This document shows positions 25,240 to 38,519 of a stretch of 64,000 nucleotides of DNA, piece by piece (the stretch's first letter is position 1; each line of letters opens with the position of its first letter). The DNA comes from Isurus oxyrinchus. Its lineage: Eukaryota. A program made the translations under genes and the position numbers. The stretch covers positions 1,116,001-1,180,000 of the forward strand of contig JANJGN010000035.1 in the NCBI GenBank assembly GCA_026770705.1, given 5' to 3'. The notes under the pieces were generated by a model. The model saw only the letters and a list, made by a program, of their open reading frames with translations. It was not told where the DNA came from and ran no database searches.

Positions 25240-26560
25240 GTTCTAATCCTGTCACATGAAGCACATGCTCTAGTAATAAGGTTCTTTTATTAGTTGGGAG
25301 AAATGGTGGTGCAATATTATTAAGCATATAAAATTATTGGTTTCCACCCATGTGGATGGAAGGTAAATTAACTTTGTGCTTGTGTTCTCTGGGTTTTGTG
25401 ACTAAACCAATGTTAAGAACGACTGGCTCCATATTCTTCCTTTATTCAGGGAATGAGTATCAAATCGCACCATGGTTCCAGAGAATGAGCGTCGAGCTGC
25501 AGTGGCTGTAAGCTGAATAAGCATTCTTTGTATCTATTTTTGACAAATGTATTGCTCCAGGAAATCTCTGGTGAAAAATGGCTGAAGCCAGAAGCGAATT
25601 TTCAACCTTTGATTGCAACTGTTTTTTCGGTAATTTGATCGGTAGAAGCAGCGGAAAATCAGGTGGAAATGAGCACTCGAGTTACCACGTTTTCCAAGAG
25701 GAAGAAGGGCACCGCTTTGAATTCGGCAGCAGCAGGAAACAATAAGATTAGGAGTCAATTATTTTTGGAGTTGGTTTGGACATTAAGGAGGGACTAAGTC
25801 TTCTGTGACAATTGGTGGATGGGTTTTATATTGAAGGTGATTTGTTAGAAGACTACGTAGCGTGGTCAACGTTTGATAAATTTGCGATGACAGACCATCA
25901 GTCCATGGACGAGTATTTTCTAGAGTTTAATAGGTGTTATGAGAGATCGACAAAGTTTGCCCTAGATGTTCCCAGTCTGTGTTTCTATTAAAATTACGAG
26001 ACTGTACCCAAATTTCACATATTTCTAGAACTGACGGGGTTTCCATTTCACGGAGGAGACTCTGTTAGAACAAATGGCTACCTTCCTAAAAAGAAGGCGG
26101 GAATTCATTCATTTCCGACCATTTTCAGTTCAAATGCAGACGCTTCTGCATTGATTAAAAGTATGGAGGCCTCCACGATTGCTGAATTTCGAGATCGACT
26201 GAACATAGGTGCTGGCATCAGTGCAACTACAGAGTTGCTGATAGGCAGACTGAAGGTGGTTGGTCTTTTAGCCAATTTTGGAATCTGAGCAAAGGTGGGC
26301 CTAGAATGGCAGTGAAGACGATTGACCCCTAGAAATTCATGGGGAATGATCAACAGTTGCTTGTTGTGATACCCAATATATTGCCCAAAGCTCAACAATC
26401 AAGTCTTTTAGGCAACGTGTGGAATGGAGAGGACCGACGTTGAGTATGATGATGACTGGCCTGAGAATTTGTATTGGTTGATAGAAGATTGAGGCAGAGA
26501 TGAGCGTTTTGGTAGACGTGCGGTGCTGCAGGGCGATACCAGATTCTGCCTCGCATATTC
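25240..26560 (+). mobile_element. LTR retrotransposon remnant (Copia-like): LTR end, PBS and gag
   Basis: CA|TGGTTCCAGAG at 25471-25483 resembles a tRNA-iMet PBS (TGGTAGCAGAG). Decayed gag-like peptide DLLEDYVAWSTFDKFAMTDHQSMDEYFLEFNRCYER at ~25840-25950; zinc-knuckle-like remnant near 26330-26395. Confidence 0.6.
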
Positions 26561-26581
26561 ACATGTTTTGCGGTGTAGAGA

Positions 26582-28210
26582 GAGAATCACAGAATTGTTA
26601 CAGTGCAAAAATTAGGCCATTCGACTCATCATGTCTGCATCGGCTTTGTGAATGAGCACTTTATCTAATGCCATTCTCCTGCCTACTCCTCGTAACAGTG
26701 AAATTATTTATTTTTGAAGAAAGCACCCAATTCCCTCTTGAACCTGCCTCCACCTTCATGAAGTCCATTCCAGACCCATCCACTCACTGGTTAAAAAAGT
26801 TATTTTTTTCATTTTACTTTTGTTTTGTTTTGCCAATTAGCATAAATCTGTGCTCTTTTTATTATATTCCTTCCACCAAGTGGGACACTTTATCCCTAAC
26901 CTCCCTCTCCAGTCTCCTCAGGGTTTTGGATACTTCTATCAAAGCTCCTCCCAGCTTCTTTTATCCAAAGAAAAGTGTTTCAATTTCTCCTACCTCTCTT
27001 CATAACTAATGAATCCAACACCTTATTCCTTTAAACCTCTACTGCTCTCTCTCTCCAATAACATAAATCCTTCCTAAAATGTGAGCCCACAACTGACCGC
27101 AGAACTCTAGTTGAGGTCTAAATACAGCTCAACATAACCTCCTTGGTTTTGTACTCTGTGTTCTTATTAATAATGGCAAAGAAACTTTACACTTTATTAA
27201 TTGCCCTCTCAACTTATCCTGCCACGTTCAACTATATATACACATATACAGCTATATCGCTCTGCTCCAGAGTCTCCCTTGCACTTGTATGCCTTACCTT
27301 ATATGGTCTTTTTACCAAAGTGTACCGGCTCACATTTTGCTACGTTGAATTCATCTGTCACTTATAAACCAATTCCAACAACTTGTATATGTCCTTTTGC
27401 AGCTCTAAACTGCACTCCCCACAGTGTACAAGGCTTTCAAGTTTTGTATCATCCGAAAATTTTGAAATTGTTCCCTGTGCACTAAAGTATAGATCATTAA
27501 TATTTTTCAGGCGAAAGCAAGGGTGCCATGCGGACGTCTGGGGAATTCCAACACAAGCCATCCTCCAGCTTGAAAGATATGCATAAAGCATTACTATCTG
27601 CCTCCTGTCACTCAGCCAGTTTTGTAAACATGTTGCTACTGTCCCATTTATTCCATTAGCTACATGTTTTTCCTCACTTGACTGTTGTGTGGTACTGTAT
27701 CAAATGTGTTCGGGAGTCCATGTACACCAACAGTTTTACCTTTATCGATCCTTTGTGTTACTTTTTAAAAAGTAAGTTAGTTAGCTATGATTTCCCATTC
27801 AGAATTCTATGCTGGTTTCCTTAATTAACTCGCATATGTCCACCTCTATTAATCCTGTCGCTAATTGTACTTTCTAGAAGTTTCTGATCAACGAATTTAA
27901 ACTGACAAATCTGTAGCTTAATCCCTTGACTCTTCTTTGAATAAGGGTGCATTGTTTGCAACTTTCCAGTCAGCTAGGACGATCCTTGAATCTACATAAG
28001 ACCGAAACTTTATAGCCAGTGCCCCTTCAATATTTACTCTCGCTTCCCTCATTCGATGACTTTCGGTGCAGCTAACCTATCCAATACTTCCTCCTTATCA
28101 ATTTTAAACCTTTTAGTGACTTTATTCCCTCCTTTTGCACTATGGCCTAGCCAGCATATTCTTCCTTCGTAAAAACAGGTGCAAAGCATTCATTTATTAT
28201 CTCACATGCC
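26582..28210 (-). mobile_element. CR1 LINE ORF2/3' fragment
   Basis: INDLYFSAQGTISKFSDDTKL...LQKDIYKL; CR1-type 3' tail at ~26582-26640. Confidence 0.85.
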
Positions 28211-28698
28211 CTGCTGTCCCTGCAATCCTCTTTCTGGTCCCTAAACACCCCTGCTCGCCTTCCGCAGAGGAACAATTTATGATGGATCAGGGCTTAGTTG
28301 TCGATAGAAAATATTGTCAAAAACGTATCAGGACGTCCACGCAGTTTGGGATATGTAACAGCAACTTAAATTCACTGCAGTGGACATTGGAAGTTTTGGG
28401 ACCGTAGCTGTTTACTAAACTGGAGCTTCTTATTGCAGTTCCTGCCGTGCACCGGAGTTAAGGCCAACGCAGAGAGGGTTTACTCCACTGTTGTAACATG
28501 TTGATGACTGTTCTCCACGTACCATGAGTAGCAAGCGCGCTTCAATTGGAAGAAACAATTCTAATCCCCGTTCAAAATCAGCAAACATGAAACACATGAC
28601 ACAAAGTGGGTCAATGTTTTCTGATATTATTTAAATAAAACAACATGTTGTCGTGGCAGCAGAAAGTGCACAATCAAACCGGGAACACTGGAGAAAAT

Positions 28699-29636
28699 TT
28701 AGCTATGGTCAGAATAGGAAGAGTTAGTTTCATTTTGCATTTTGTTTATTAGTATCAGAATAATTGTCCAAGGAGATTTCACTATCTTCTTCAGCTCTTC
28801 CCGGAATTTAGTTTGTGTAGCTGCATAAATAAACGCTTTTGTGCAGGAACTCAAATACATGAGCATTTGTCCAGTTTGAGTGGCGATGTATGCGGGAGCT
28901 GTATAATCCGGTCGTACATGAATGACCACACCACTGACTAACGAACAAACGACTGCTGTCAGCCACAACAGTATAAAATTACCCGATACAGTGAACAGTA
29001 ATATAATCGATTTCCTTCGGTTCTGCATTTCCGGATCACTGTGATTCTCGCTGCTGTGACCCCGGAGCTTCTTACGGGCTCGACTGGCTACTTAAATTCG
29101 TCTGACCGTCAAACAATTAAACAGTAATATCAAAGTGAAAGGAATCCAAGTCAATAAAATACTTTGTAACCAAGTGAATGTTACACCAATAGGAGATGTA
29201 TAAAATTCCTGGCTGGGTTGGAAACCCCAGTGAACATTGTGAATTATTCGCTTAGGGTCATATGCAAACCAAAAGGGGATGCACTGTAAACATGAGAGTA
29301 CAGAGATTGCTATTAGAACTGTCACCGCAGTTCACACTGTGCAATACCTTGCCTTAAATTTGTGACTACAGATAGATACAAATCGGTCAAATGTGAGGGA
29401 GACTGTAAACCACACAGTTAAATACAGGTTGACATTATTTGTGTACATTATGAACTTGCAAATGGGTGTATAGGACAGGATTATAGGTGCAAAATGCTTA
29501 CTCAGGATGTTATACACGAGAACATTATTGAGCATGACCAGTAAATCAGCTATTGCCATGGACACCATATAGAAATAAATACATTTTGAAAGGCCGCAAT
29601 TTCCTCTGAAGAAAATCACAATTGTCGTCAGGTTCG
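28699..29636 (-). pseudogene. GPR139/GPR142-like class A GPCR, exon 2, with two in-frame nonsense codons
   Basis: Three ORF-track segments are all in one frame, split by TGA (29334-29332) and TAA (29094-29092). Motifs: NLTTIVI..RGNCGLSK, MAIADLLV, TFDRFVSIC, DPEMQNRRKSIILLF, LSSCTKAFIYAATQTKFREEL. Confidence 0.92.
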
Positions 29637-31825
29637 CTCCGGGAAAAGGAGAGAGAAAGTAGGTAACATGAATATTCACAAACATTTCACAGAATATTAC
29701 GGGGAATAGTACTGTGCATTTCTACCTAGCGTTATATACACCTATCGATTTATAATAATGTAAAGTGTTCATGAAATTCCTAAAATAAATAAACGAATAT
29801 GCACTCTCGTGTACTCATTTTTAACAGCAGTATTTTTGAGATGGCCCCTAGCTGAAGCAGCGACCGGAAACAGGTTTCTGGCGGTGGGATCTACAAATTG
29901 GATACCGGACTTCTGAGAAATGAACCTGTGCATCTAATTCGGAAGTATAAACAGATTGGGAGATAAGATTTCATCTGTGGTCAAAAAAAGCAAGAGTATA
30001 AAAAATTCAATTGCTTTTCAGCAGAGGCGATGCAGGCCCAGGCGCTCTCGCTGAATCTGTGAATAGGAGCAATCTTAAAAGACTGAAACCTGAGGCAAGC
30101 TGAAGAGCTGGGAGTTATTTCTTTTTAACCAGAGCTGATCATACTGTGTACCAGAGAGCCATTGAATGGTGGGGTGACAGTGCCTCTGGGAAAACTCTGC
30201 CATCAGGAGCGTTGTGACCCAAATGAAAGATGCTACACAGAAGTGTGCCTCGTTGATGATTATCATACCCGTGGAGCTTGGATGGACTCAATTGGCTGTT
30301 GGAGGCCACTTGAGAATCAGGCCCTGCCCGAAGAAGAGTAGTTGAGTGCTGTTGGAGCAAGGTGGAGTTGTGAGAGACATTGGGATTGAACACAGAGCCA
30401 AATATGTGCTGAGGACTAGCCGAGAAATCCATCAGGCTTATCATTGTTGTATCAGCTACCATAACTATAATAAACGCTTTCTACTGAATACAATTATCAA
30501 TTAATTATATATCTTTGTCTATGGTTTGATTTTTTACAGGAAAATTTAAAAGAAGTGAAATCTTGTCCATTGTTTCCTTCCATCGGAGTCCTTTGAGAAG
30601 TTTTTTTCCATCAGGTAATTGATTCTCAAGTGGACTGTAACTCTATGTACAGGGATTGCGACTCTGTCGTCCTCCTGGTAAGTTTCAGTCTGATGTTTTC
30701 ATAGTACTGAGAGAAGGGTCACTCGAATTCAGTTCACAGGATGGCAACAGAGAGTCGCCCCAAGCTGACTCCTACTCTCACTGACACTGATGCATTGATG
30801 CCTCAACTGGAACTAATGTTGACTTCGGTTAATAGTGTAAAACTGGCAAAATCTGATCAACCGTCCGTCAAACATCTCTCCTGATTCCCTTTCAAAGACC
30901 ATCGCCACTGGCATTGGATTGAGGCTCAATTTGCATTTAAACTGTACAGTGCAGGTCACCCGTGAGTACCTCATGGAGACAGTCCACTTACCAATAAAAA
31001 GTTTTGTAAGGGGAAAATGGGATATTTCTATAACTTGTTGTAATTAAAAGGTCAAATAATAAACAGATTTCCTGACATCTAATCTCCCTGTCATCAAGCC
31101 GTTCCCATGTGAAAAACTGAGTGAATTTGATAAATTGCCACTGAGGCTCCATGTTACACTAAAGAGAATTTTACAAACGGTTCCTCCTGACTATTTGGTG
31201 ATGGGAATCTCGGGAAGGACATCAGGTGCGAGCCGTGTTCAATTTAATTTCCAATCCATTACAGGAAGCAATAAATTGAAATAAAATATTCAGCTGAAGA
31301 AAACAACTATCCATTTGAATTCAACACAGCGCCCTTTGACTTTTTATAATCGCTCTGAAGGACCCGGTCATGTACTAAACAGGAACAGATGGATCCGCAA
31401 AGATTCTTTGCGAGGGAGGAATGAGGAGCAACTTCCTGTTCCTCAAAATATCTTCCTGTTCCCTGCTGTGTGGAGGACGCTGCAGTACTTGGACTTATCA
31501 CTGTAATGTCGACAATGGGCAACAGGACATATGAGATTGTTAATATAGACACTAAGCAACACATTCCTAAATGATCTATGAACTGCTGGAGTGGCGGCAA
31601 TTCAAACCCCCTCTCCTTCAGGGTGAGGAGGAAAATTAAACTCCAGGTGCCCACAATCTGCTGAGCAGAACCACGGCTCCCAGGCCCTGTGAACACCTAT
31701 ACTTCCCGTTGATATTCAGCATTCATCCCGGTAGAAATATGACTCGGCAGTGAGACATTCCCACAATCAGCCACATAATCACTAGCAGTGAAATACTCAG
31801 CAGTTACCAGGCAACAATGACTTAC

Positions 31826-31895
31826 CGCGAATACAGAAGGCTGCAAGAATTGGGTAGTAAATTTGCTTTACTTGTAGAATCGTTGGCAGGATCAT
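31826..31895 (-). pseudogene. GPR139-like gene exon 1
   Basis: ATG at 31895: MILPTILQVKQIYYPILAAFCIR plus G|GTAAG (70 bp, phase 1). Splices in frame (G|CG = Ala) to exon 2 at 29636. Confidence 0.85.
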
Positions 31896-31964
31896 TTTTG
31901 TAGAAGAATGCGACGGATCACTCACTTTTCTGAATTGCATTAAAGATCCGTAACTGTTTACCCC

Positions 31965-31970
31965 TTTATA
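31965..31970 (-). promoter_or_regulatory. Candidate TATA box of the GPR139-like gene
   Basis: CCTATAAAGGGG on the minus strand, 70 bp upstream of the ATG. Confidence 0.45.
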
Positions 31971-33039
31971 GGCCAATTCATGTTGCGGTGAGGAAATCAG
32001 CTTACACAATAATTCGTGTTAGTTATAGTCACTTAACAAGCAAGCGAGTAATTTACCTCTTAGAGACCCCGGTCCGTCAATGGGGAAATTGGCCAGCTCA
32101 GTTCCAGAAACTTCGTCATTTAAATTAATGTTCAGGAAGCAACCCCAGGTGGACTGTGTTCTGCGCATGCTCCCCTTGAACGTGGAAAGGAATACCCCTC
32201 TATACAGTGTTGGATTCCTGGGGCTTCATATTATTCTTTTGCGATCTTGACTCATCCATTGCAGAATGTAAACGTGTTATAGACTGTAATTCTTAAACTT
32301 AAACTTCCTGTCTTCTGTGGCGAAACCTCGTGATGACTCGGCGTTATTATTGCTGACGATGATATTGCTCTGACATTAAGAATACTGGCGATGTCCGTAT
32401 ATTTATGCTGTTGCTATCAGTCAGCTACTACTCATTATAAACTCTAACATTAATAGTGGGAAACAAATTGGGAAATAATCCGTGCTGACTTTAATCTATC
32501 ATTATCAATGCAAACTCCACTCAAACATCGGGATGCCCTGCTCCAACATTATTAGTTGGGAAATACGAGCAGAAAATGCTGGGAATGCTCAGCAGATCCT
32601 GCAGTATCAGTGGAGAGTCAATCAGAGTTAATATTTCAGGTAACGGTCAGCATTGACTTTTTCAATTTCAGGTTTCCAGCATCGCTGTATTTTGTTTTTG
32701 GATTATTGTTTTTGATCCTATTCCAGAATTTTCACGGTGACTCTATTCTAGTGTTGATGGTGATATTGGCATAACATCAGTGGTGGTAACCCAGCTGTCG
32801 GGTTACAGTTCAGGCTGCTGCTCAACTCTTACTCGTGATTTCCTTTCACTAACATTACTGTTGGTGAGGTTACCGTAGCTTTCCTTACGGTGAATTTAGT
32901 ATTACTGAGGAAGACCCTACTCGAGCATTAATAGTTGTGTCCGTGCAGAGAATCATTACAGTATTTCGAGCTGTAACCCTACTCTGACGTTATTTTTGAG
33001 GCCCCTACGCTATGTTATTCGTGATGGAATCACTCAAAC

Positions 33040-34015
33040 ATTGCTGGAGGTGATCCAGTGCCTCCAAGTCTTTTTCTTGTTTTGTTTTATTTCCTCCCTA
33101 AATCAGTGCGCGGCTTGGAGGGGAAAATCCAGGTAGTGCTGTTCTCATGTATCTGCTGCATTTACCATCCTATTTGGTAGCGGTCGTTTGTTTGGACAGT
33201 GATGGCTAAGGAGCCCTTGTGAATTTCTGCATTACATCTTATAGATGTTCCACACTGCAGCTTATCTGCTTTGATGGTGCAGGGTATTAATATTTGTGGA
33301 TGAGGTTCCAATCAAGCGGGCTACTTTGTATTGGATGTTGCAAATCTTATTGAGTGTTATTTGAGCTGCACTCATCCAGGAAAGCGGAGAGCATTCCATC
33401 ACACCCCTGGCATAAGCATTGTTGATGGTGGGCAGGCTTTGGGGAGAAAGGACGTGAGTTACTCGCCGCAGGATTCCTAGCCTCTGACCTGCTCTCGTAG
33501 CCACAGTAATTATATGGTTAGTCGAGTTCATTTCTGTTCGTTATTAATTCCCAGGATGCTGTTGGAGTGGAATTCATTATCGTTTTGCCATTAAATGCCA
33601 AGGTGCAATGGACAGATTCTCTCTTTCTGGAGATGGTCATTGCCCGGCGCTTGTGTGGTGCCACTGATATTTGCCACTTGTTAGCTCAAACATGGATATT
33701 GCCCAGGTCTTGCTGCATTTGGATATGGGCTGCTTCAGTATCTGAGGAGTTGCTCAGATCTGATCTGATCAAGCTGCTGAAGATAGTTGGGCCGACAGCA
33801 CGGCCCTTGGGAATTTCTGCAGTGATGTCGTGGAACTGAAATGATTGACCTCCAACAATCATAATCATCTTCATTTGTGCGAGGAATGACTCGAATCAGC
33901 AGAGAGTTTTCCCCCTAGTTCCCATTGACCCCAATTTTGCAAGGGATCCTTTATGCCACACTTAGTCAAATATTGCCTTGATATACAGGGCAGTCATTCC
34001 CACCTCACACGGGGA
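33040..34015 (-). mobile_element. CR1-group LINE RT fragment (same family as 12930-14060)
   Basis: VATRAGQRLGILRRVTHVLSPQSLPTI; SSDTEAAHIQMQQDLGNI. An inverted piece of the same RT (EVRVTALYIRAAFDRVWH) lies on + at ~34275-34390. Confidence 0.85.
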
Positions 34016-34399
34016 ACATCACTGAAGGCAAACAAATCGAACTGTTCAAGCCAATGACTTTTCATTGGAACTGTACTAAGCTACGAATGAGATTTCTTGC
34101 TTTCAGCAATAAGGTATCACACTTTCCCAAAACAAACACCTTATGAAATCGTTTACTCACTGGCGAAATAAACCACACTGGCATTGTATATTCCTGGAAT
34201 TTCTGCAACTTAATATCTCCCCGAAACAAACATGCAATATTCAAAGTTGTGCTTGTCTCTACTGCTGTTCGCTGGGTGAGGTGAGAGTGACTGCACTCTA
34301 TATCAGAGCAGCTTTTGACCGAGTGTGGCATTAAACAACCCTACACAAATTCCAGTCATTTGGAATTCGGGATTAAACTTGCTGCTGGATTTAGTGCTG

Positions 34400-35720
34400 G
34401 AGCTTTTTGAGGAAGGCATTGGGATTTTTATGATTCTCAGAATTTAGAACATTATTCCCAATGAGCTTTCTTGCTTTAATAGTGTCAATATCTCACTTTC
34501 CCACAACAAAATATATTTTTTTTAACCATTCGCAAAATCCAACTCTGTAAGCTTGGAGCTTTCCTCTCCAATTTCTTCAACTTAATTTTTCGGTGCAATA
34601 AACGCAATCTGCAAAACGTTGAAGGTTCAGTGCAGACAGCTGTGTAACAACAGTTGTCACATCACAAGCCTCGAGTGAGGAGTGAGTAGTCGGTGTCAAT
34701 TTGGAGATTGGTGAAATGAAGCCAAATGGAGTCTGCTGGTCTGCTTGTGAGGGAAAAGCGCTGAATAGGCTGAATTACCAAACACGCGAATGCAAGCAAA
34801 ATATGGTTGCAGTGCCTCATGTCAGATTATCAAGGCATCTGTGATAAGCATGTGTGATCCAGCTGGATATCTCAAACAGTAAAACATAAAATCTGCGGGT
34901 CTGTGGTTCGAGTCCCGGTCCAAATGCTGCCTTCTGACTCCAGGTGATTTCCCCCTCTGCACCCCCTACCCCCCACCCCCGCCGTGAGGCTACTGGGAGG
35001 AAAAGGGTAAGGGATGCTGAATTCTTCAAGACAACAGAAGAGACATATAGTTCTTCATTTGCAAATAAATACTTCCTTCTGGAAATTATAGTAGATTCGA
35101 TCAACTTCTAAGAATTATTTCTCGATTTCTAACTGCCCTAAATATGAAAAGAGCATCTTCATTTTCCTCTTAGTTGGCACTGCATTGCAGGGAATTAGTG
35201 ACAAAAGTATGACCTGATTTCACCCCACACCTACCGCCACGGAAAGCAGTTTCTCTCTTTTTAACCTAACTTGTGGTTTAAATGGAATGGAAACTTCGAT
35301 CAGATCAACCTTAATTCTTCTTTTCACAAGAGGAAACAAGCAGGAATTAGCCCTGAAAAGGAAAAAAAATGTGCGGGTCAAGGCGGTAGATTGGCAATAG
35401 GTGAATCTCTCCTTCAGAGAGCCAGCAAAGACAGCATGGAACAAACGTTTTGTGCTGTATCCATTCTATGATTCTACCTTTCTATAATTATCAAACCTGA
35501 ACTCCAGAAGTAACGGACTGAACTCTGAAATCCCACTGGTGAATCAGAACTGTTCCAACTCCAAGGCCAACACACTGTTGGTGGTTCCTCTGAGTAATGC
35601 GTGTAAGAAACTGAGAAACAGGAGCAGGTCTATCATAGATTTCATGGCTTCTCAACCAATTCCCGATCTTTCTGGTTGATCTTCTGCCTCAACTGCACCT
35701 TCCTGAGAATTCTCAATTTC
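34400..35720 (+). repeat. Partial cassette copy (tRNA-Lys module), paralogous to ~44990-46350
   Basis: Shared landmarks: AGTGCTGGAG, ATGAGCTTT...CACAACAAA, GAAACTTCGATCA, CTGAACTCTG(A/G)AATCCCACTGGTGAATCA. Confidence 0.8.
34861..34926 (+). pseudogene. Highly decayed tRNA-Lys-like pseudogene
   Basis: GGATATCTCA...AATCTGCGGGTCTGTGGTTCGAGTCCC retains a B box; paralogous position to 45473. Confidence 0.55.
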
Positions 35721-36019
35721 CCCTGTCGTACAGCGCCATCACAGATAAAGAATGTCTGATCAATTTCAAGCCACAGAAGAGGTGAACAATGACGTCTACT
35801 GCACAAATAATAGGCTACAACTCAAAACATTGTATGAGAAAACTTGTTTCTTGGTTTTTATGCCTCCTTTAGTGGCATTCATTTGTATTCTAATTGCGGC
35901 AGCAAATGCAGGACAGTTGTCTGATTATCGATTGTAATGAGTGTTAACTCAGATATGACAGCCTGGAAATTGTCGTCTTCAAATGACTTCTTCATGTGCA
36001 TGTGCACTGAGGGTTTGTG

Positions 36020-36720
36020 AGCCCAGTACCTGGAGAATTAAACCCCTTTGCTTTTCTACAGCCCCTTGTTTCTCACCATATAGAAAATACTCTCATTTCT
36101 CAATTGATCCATGAAAGATATGTTCCTTGTCTATTCTCCACACCCTTACTGACTGGCTCTCCATCTACTGTCCATTGTTTTCCCATTCCGTCTCTTGTGT
36201 TCCAAATACACACACACAGCCTGAGGAAGCAGATTCTTTCGATCCATTGTATCGAATCCACAAGCACTTTTCTTGGTAGTTTACCAAATTTAGATTGCAG
36301 AATGAATAGAAACTTGAAAATGATAGTCGAATATAAATGGATTCTCTTTGTGTTTCTGTCAATATAATCTTTATTTCCTGTTGCGGATTGGGTGACAGCA
36401 GATTCTCAATGTATAAATATTTTTAAGTAACATTGGGATGTTTGAAAATGGATTTCGTGTCTCTTGGTGTGCCAGTTCTGAATTAATATGTGTGTAACTG
36501 TGTTATCTCTCAATGCACTTGTGTGTACCTGCGTTGTGTGTAACTATATTGAGGAGTGATTGAGAAAAGAAAAGAAACAGGCAGAAAAAAAATATTTCCA
36601 CATCAAAACAGATTCAGACCGAATGAGGAAAATACAGATCTCTGTAACCAGCAGAATGATAAAGTACACATATTCAACACAATAAGTCAAACTCACACCA
36701 AAGAGGGTCACTTTCTGAGC
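36020..36720 (+). repeat. ~700-bp tRNA-upstream spacer duplicated at ~40330-41000
   Basis: Shared CTTACTGAC(T/A)GGCTCT, CATTGTATCGAATCC, TATAAATGG(A/G)TTCTCT and CTGTAACCAGC in the same order. Confidence 0.75.
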
Positions 36721-36765
36721 GTTGTTTTGGGCGGAGGTCAGTGTGGTTTATTGATACCAAGTTAT

Positions 36766-36847
36766 GCAGTTGTGGCCAAGTGGTTAACGCGATGAACTAG
36801 AAATCCATTCGGGTATTCTCACCGAGATATGAATGCTGCCAACTGCT
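36766..36847 (+). pseudogene. tRNA-Ser(AGA) pseudogene
   Basis: 82 nt, GCAGTTGTGGCCAAGTGGTTAACGCGATGAACTAGAAATCCATT...; T-arm/B box corrupted; TTTT about 8 nt downstream. Confidence 0.88.
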
Positions 36848-38519
36848 CAGCTTCTTTTACTTGCTCAGTTTCAAACTTTGACCAAGTTCCTTTTACAAGA
36901 ATCATATCTTAGGTGGATTGATACCCTACATCTTTCAACAACAGAATTCGGTTTCCTTGTTCTTATTCATCTGCGTGTGTTCACGAAATTCATGTCATGA
37001 ATACAGAAAATATCAGCTAAATTAATGAGACCCACCTTTTCATCCCTCTCTCACACTGCAAAGTCACTTTACGTCGAATTATAAATGTCTTACTGTGTGC
37101 ACAGGCATATGTGTGTGTGCATTTGTACTGTACTTTTGTGCATTGTTTTTGTTTAATGCTTCTGAATAGTTCTTGTTTATCGTGCTTTTGTAAGATGCTC
37201 TCCTTCAAAAGCCTTTCCAATTTCCTTCTAAAATTATTCACTAAATTATCTTGTACCACCTTTTCAGGTGGGGCGTTGCAGATCGCACCAACTGCGTGGA
37301 AATTTCTCTGCTAACGTCCTCTGTATATCTCTTTGTCAATGACTTTGTATCCACGGCCCTTATGTATTGACCTACAAGCAGAGGGACTATTTTCCTGTTT
37401 ACCCTCCCCAAACCTCAGGTGATCTGGAAAAGCACCAATCGGTGATTTTCTAATCTTCAATGTCCGTAGTGCAACAGCCCAAACTTCCTCAGCAACAACT
37501 CATGAGTGAACTATTTCATCCTTGAAAACCTCCCTGCGAGCGTCCTCTTCACCCTTTCTCAGGACTTGCTGAAGATCAGTGACCATCCTTACCCACAGGG
37601 CTCCTTGCTAATGTCGAACTGCATTTGCTAACGGTCTAGTATGATCCCAATGCTTGAATACACTATTTCTAGATGTATAAACCCAAATAACCAATATGCC
37701 TTTCGATCTACATTGCAAACCTTGCGGTATGGAGACAAATGTCCCTCTGCCCATCCACAATTTACAAAAATCTCGCACTTAGAATGTAGCGACTTTCCAT
37801 AATAGTCCTCCCAAAGTTCATAATTTCATCGCTTACACCCACGTATTGAAATTTGTATACTTTTCAATGTGTTATCATTATGTGTGCGTCTTACCTTCTG
37901 AACTCCTTTCTCACGGGTCTTTCTTTCCCTGGAAGCCTTCCATATTGCCAGTTTCATCGAATGAAGCGGTAGAATTGCGAGGTGTATCTCTGTCCTTCAT
38001 TCTCTACCTCACAGTTTTTGAATGTCTGTCTGTTTGTCTCTGTTTCCCTCTCCTTGACCTTTCTATTTAATAAAAACAATCTTCCAATCGGACGGATTAA
38101 TAGGTGCAGGACCATTCTCATAACCCATGATCTCCTCAGTATTCAATAATCGATGGATCTCAGCTTTGAATATATTGAGCTATCCCAATCCTTTAGGGTA
38201 GGGAGCTTCAAAATTTCACAAACATTTGAATGAAGAGATTTCTACTTATCACTAATTATACTGAACTCCAAAGAGAATAACCTCATTTTACTCAATCAAT
38301 GTCCTGAATCCAGGAATGAATCTAGGGATCAAGCTCTATTATTAGCACGTGCAGTTCGACCTTTAGAAAATGCTGGCTTTATTCAGCAGGTCAGACAGCA
38401 CCTTTGGCTTTCCGACCTGAAAGATTAATATTGATTCTCTCCAAGGAAGCTGTCGTGTTTGCAGAGTATAACAGGAATTTTGTATTCTTACTTCAGATTT
38501 CTAATATATGCAGTTGCTA

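Noticed and set aside
29092-29334. Stop-codon readthrough or selenocysteine rescuing the GPCR
   Set aside because: The second stop is TAA, both stops are single-base changes from ordinary codons, and I recognised no SECIS.
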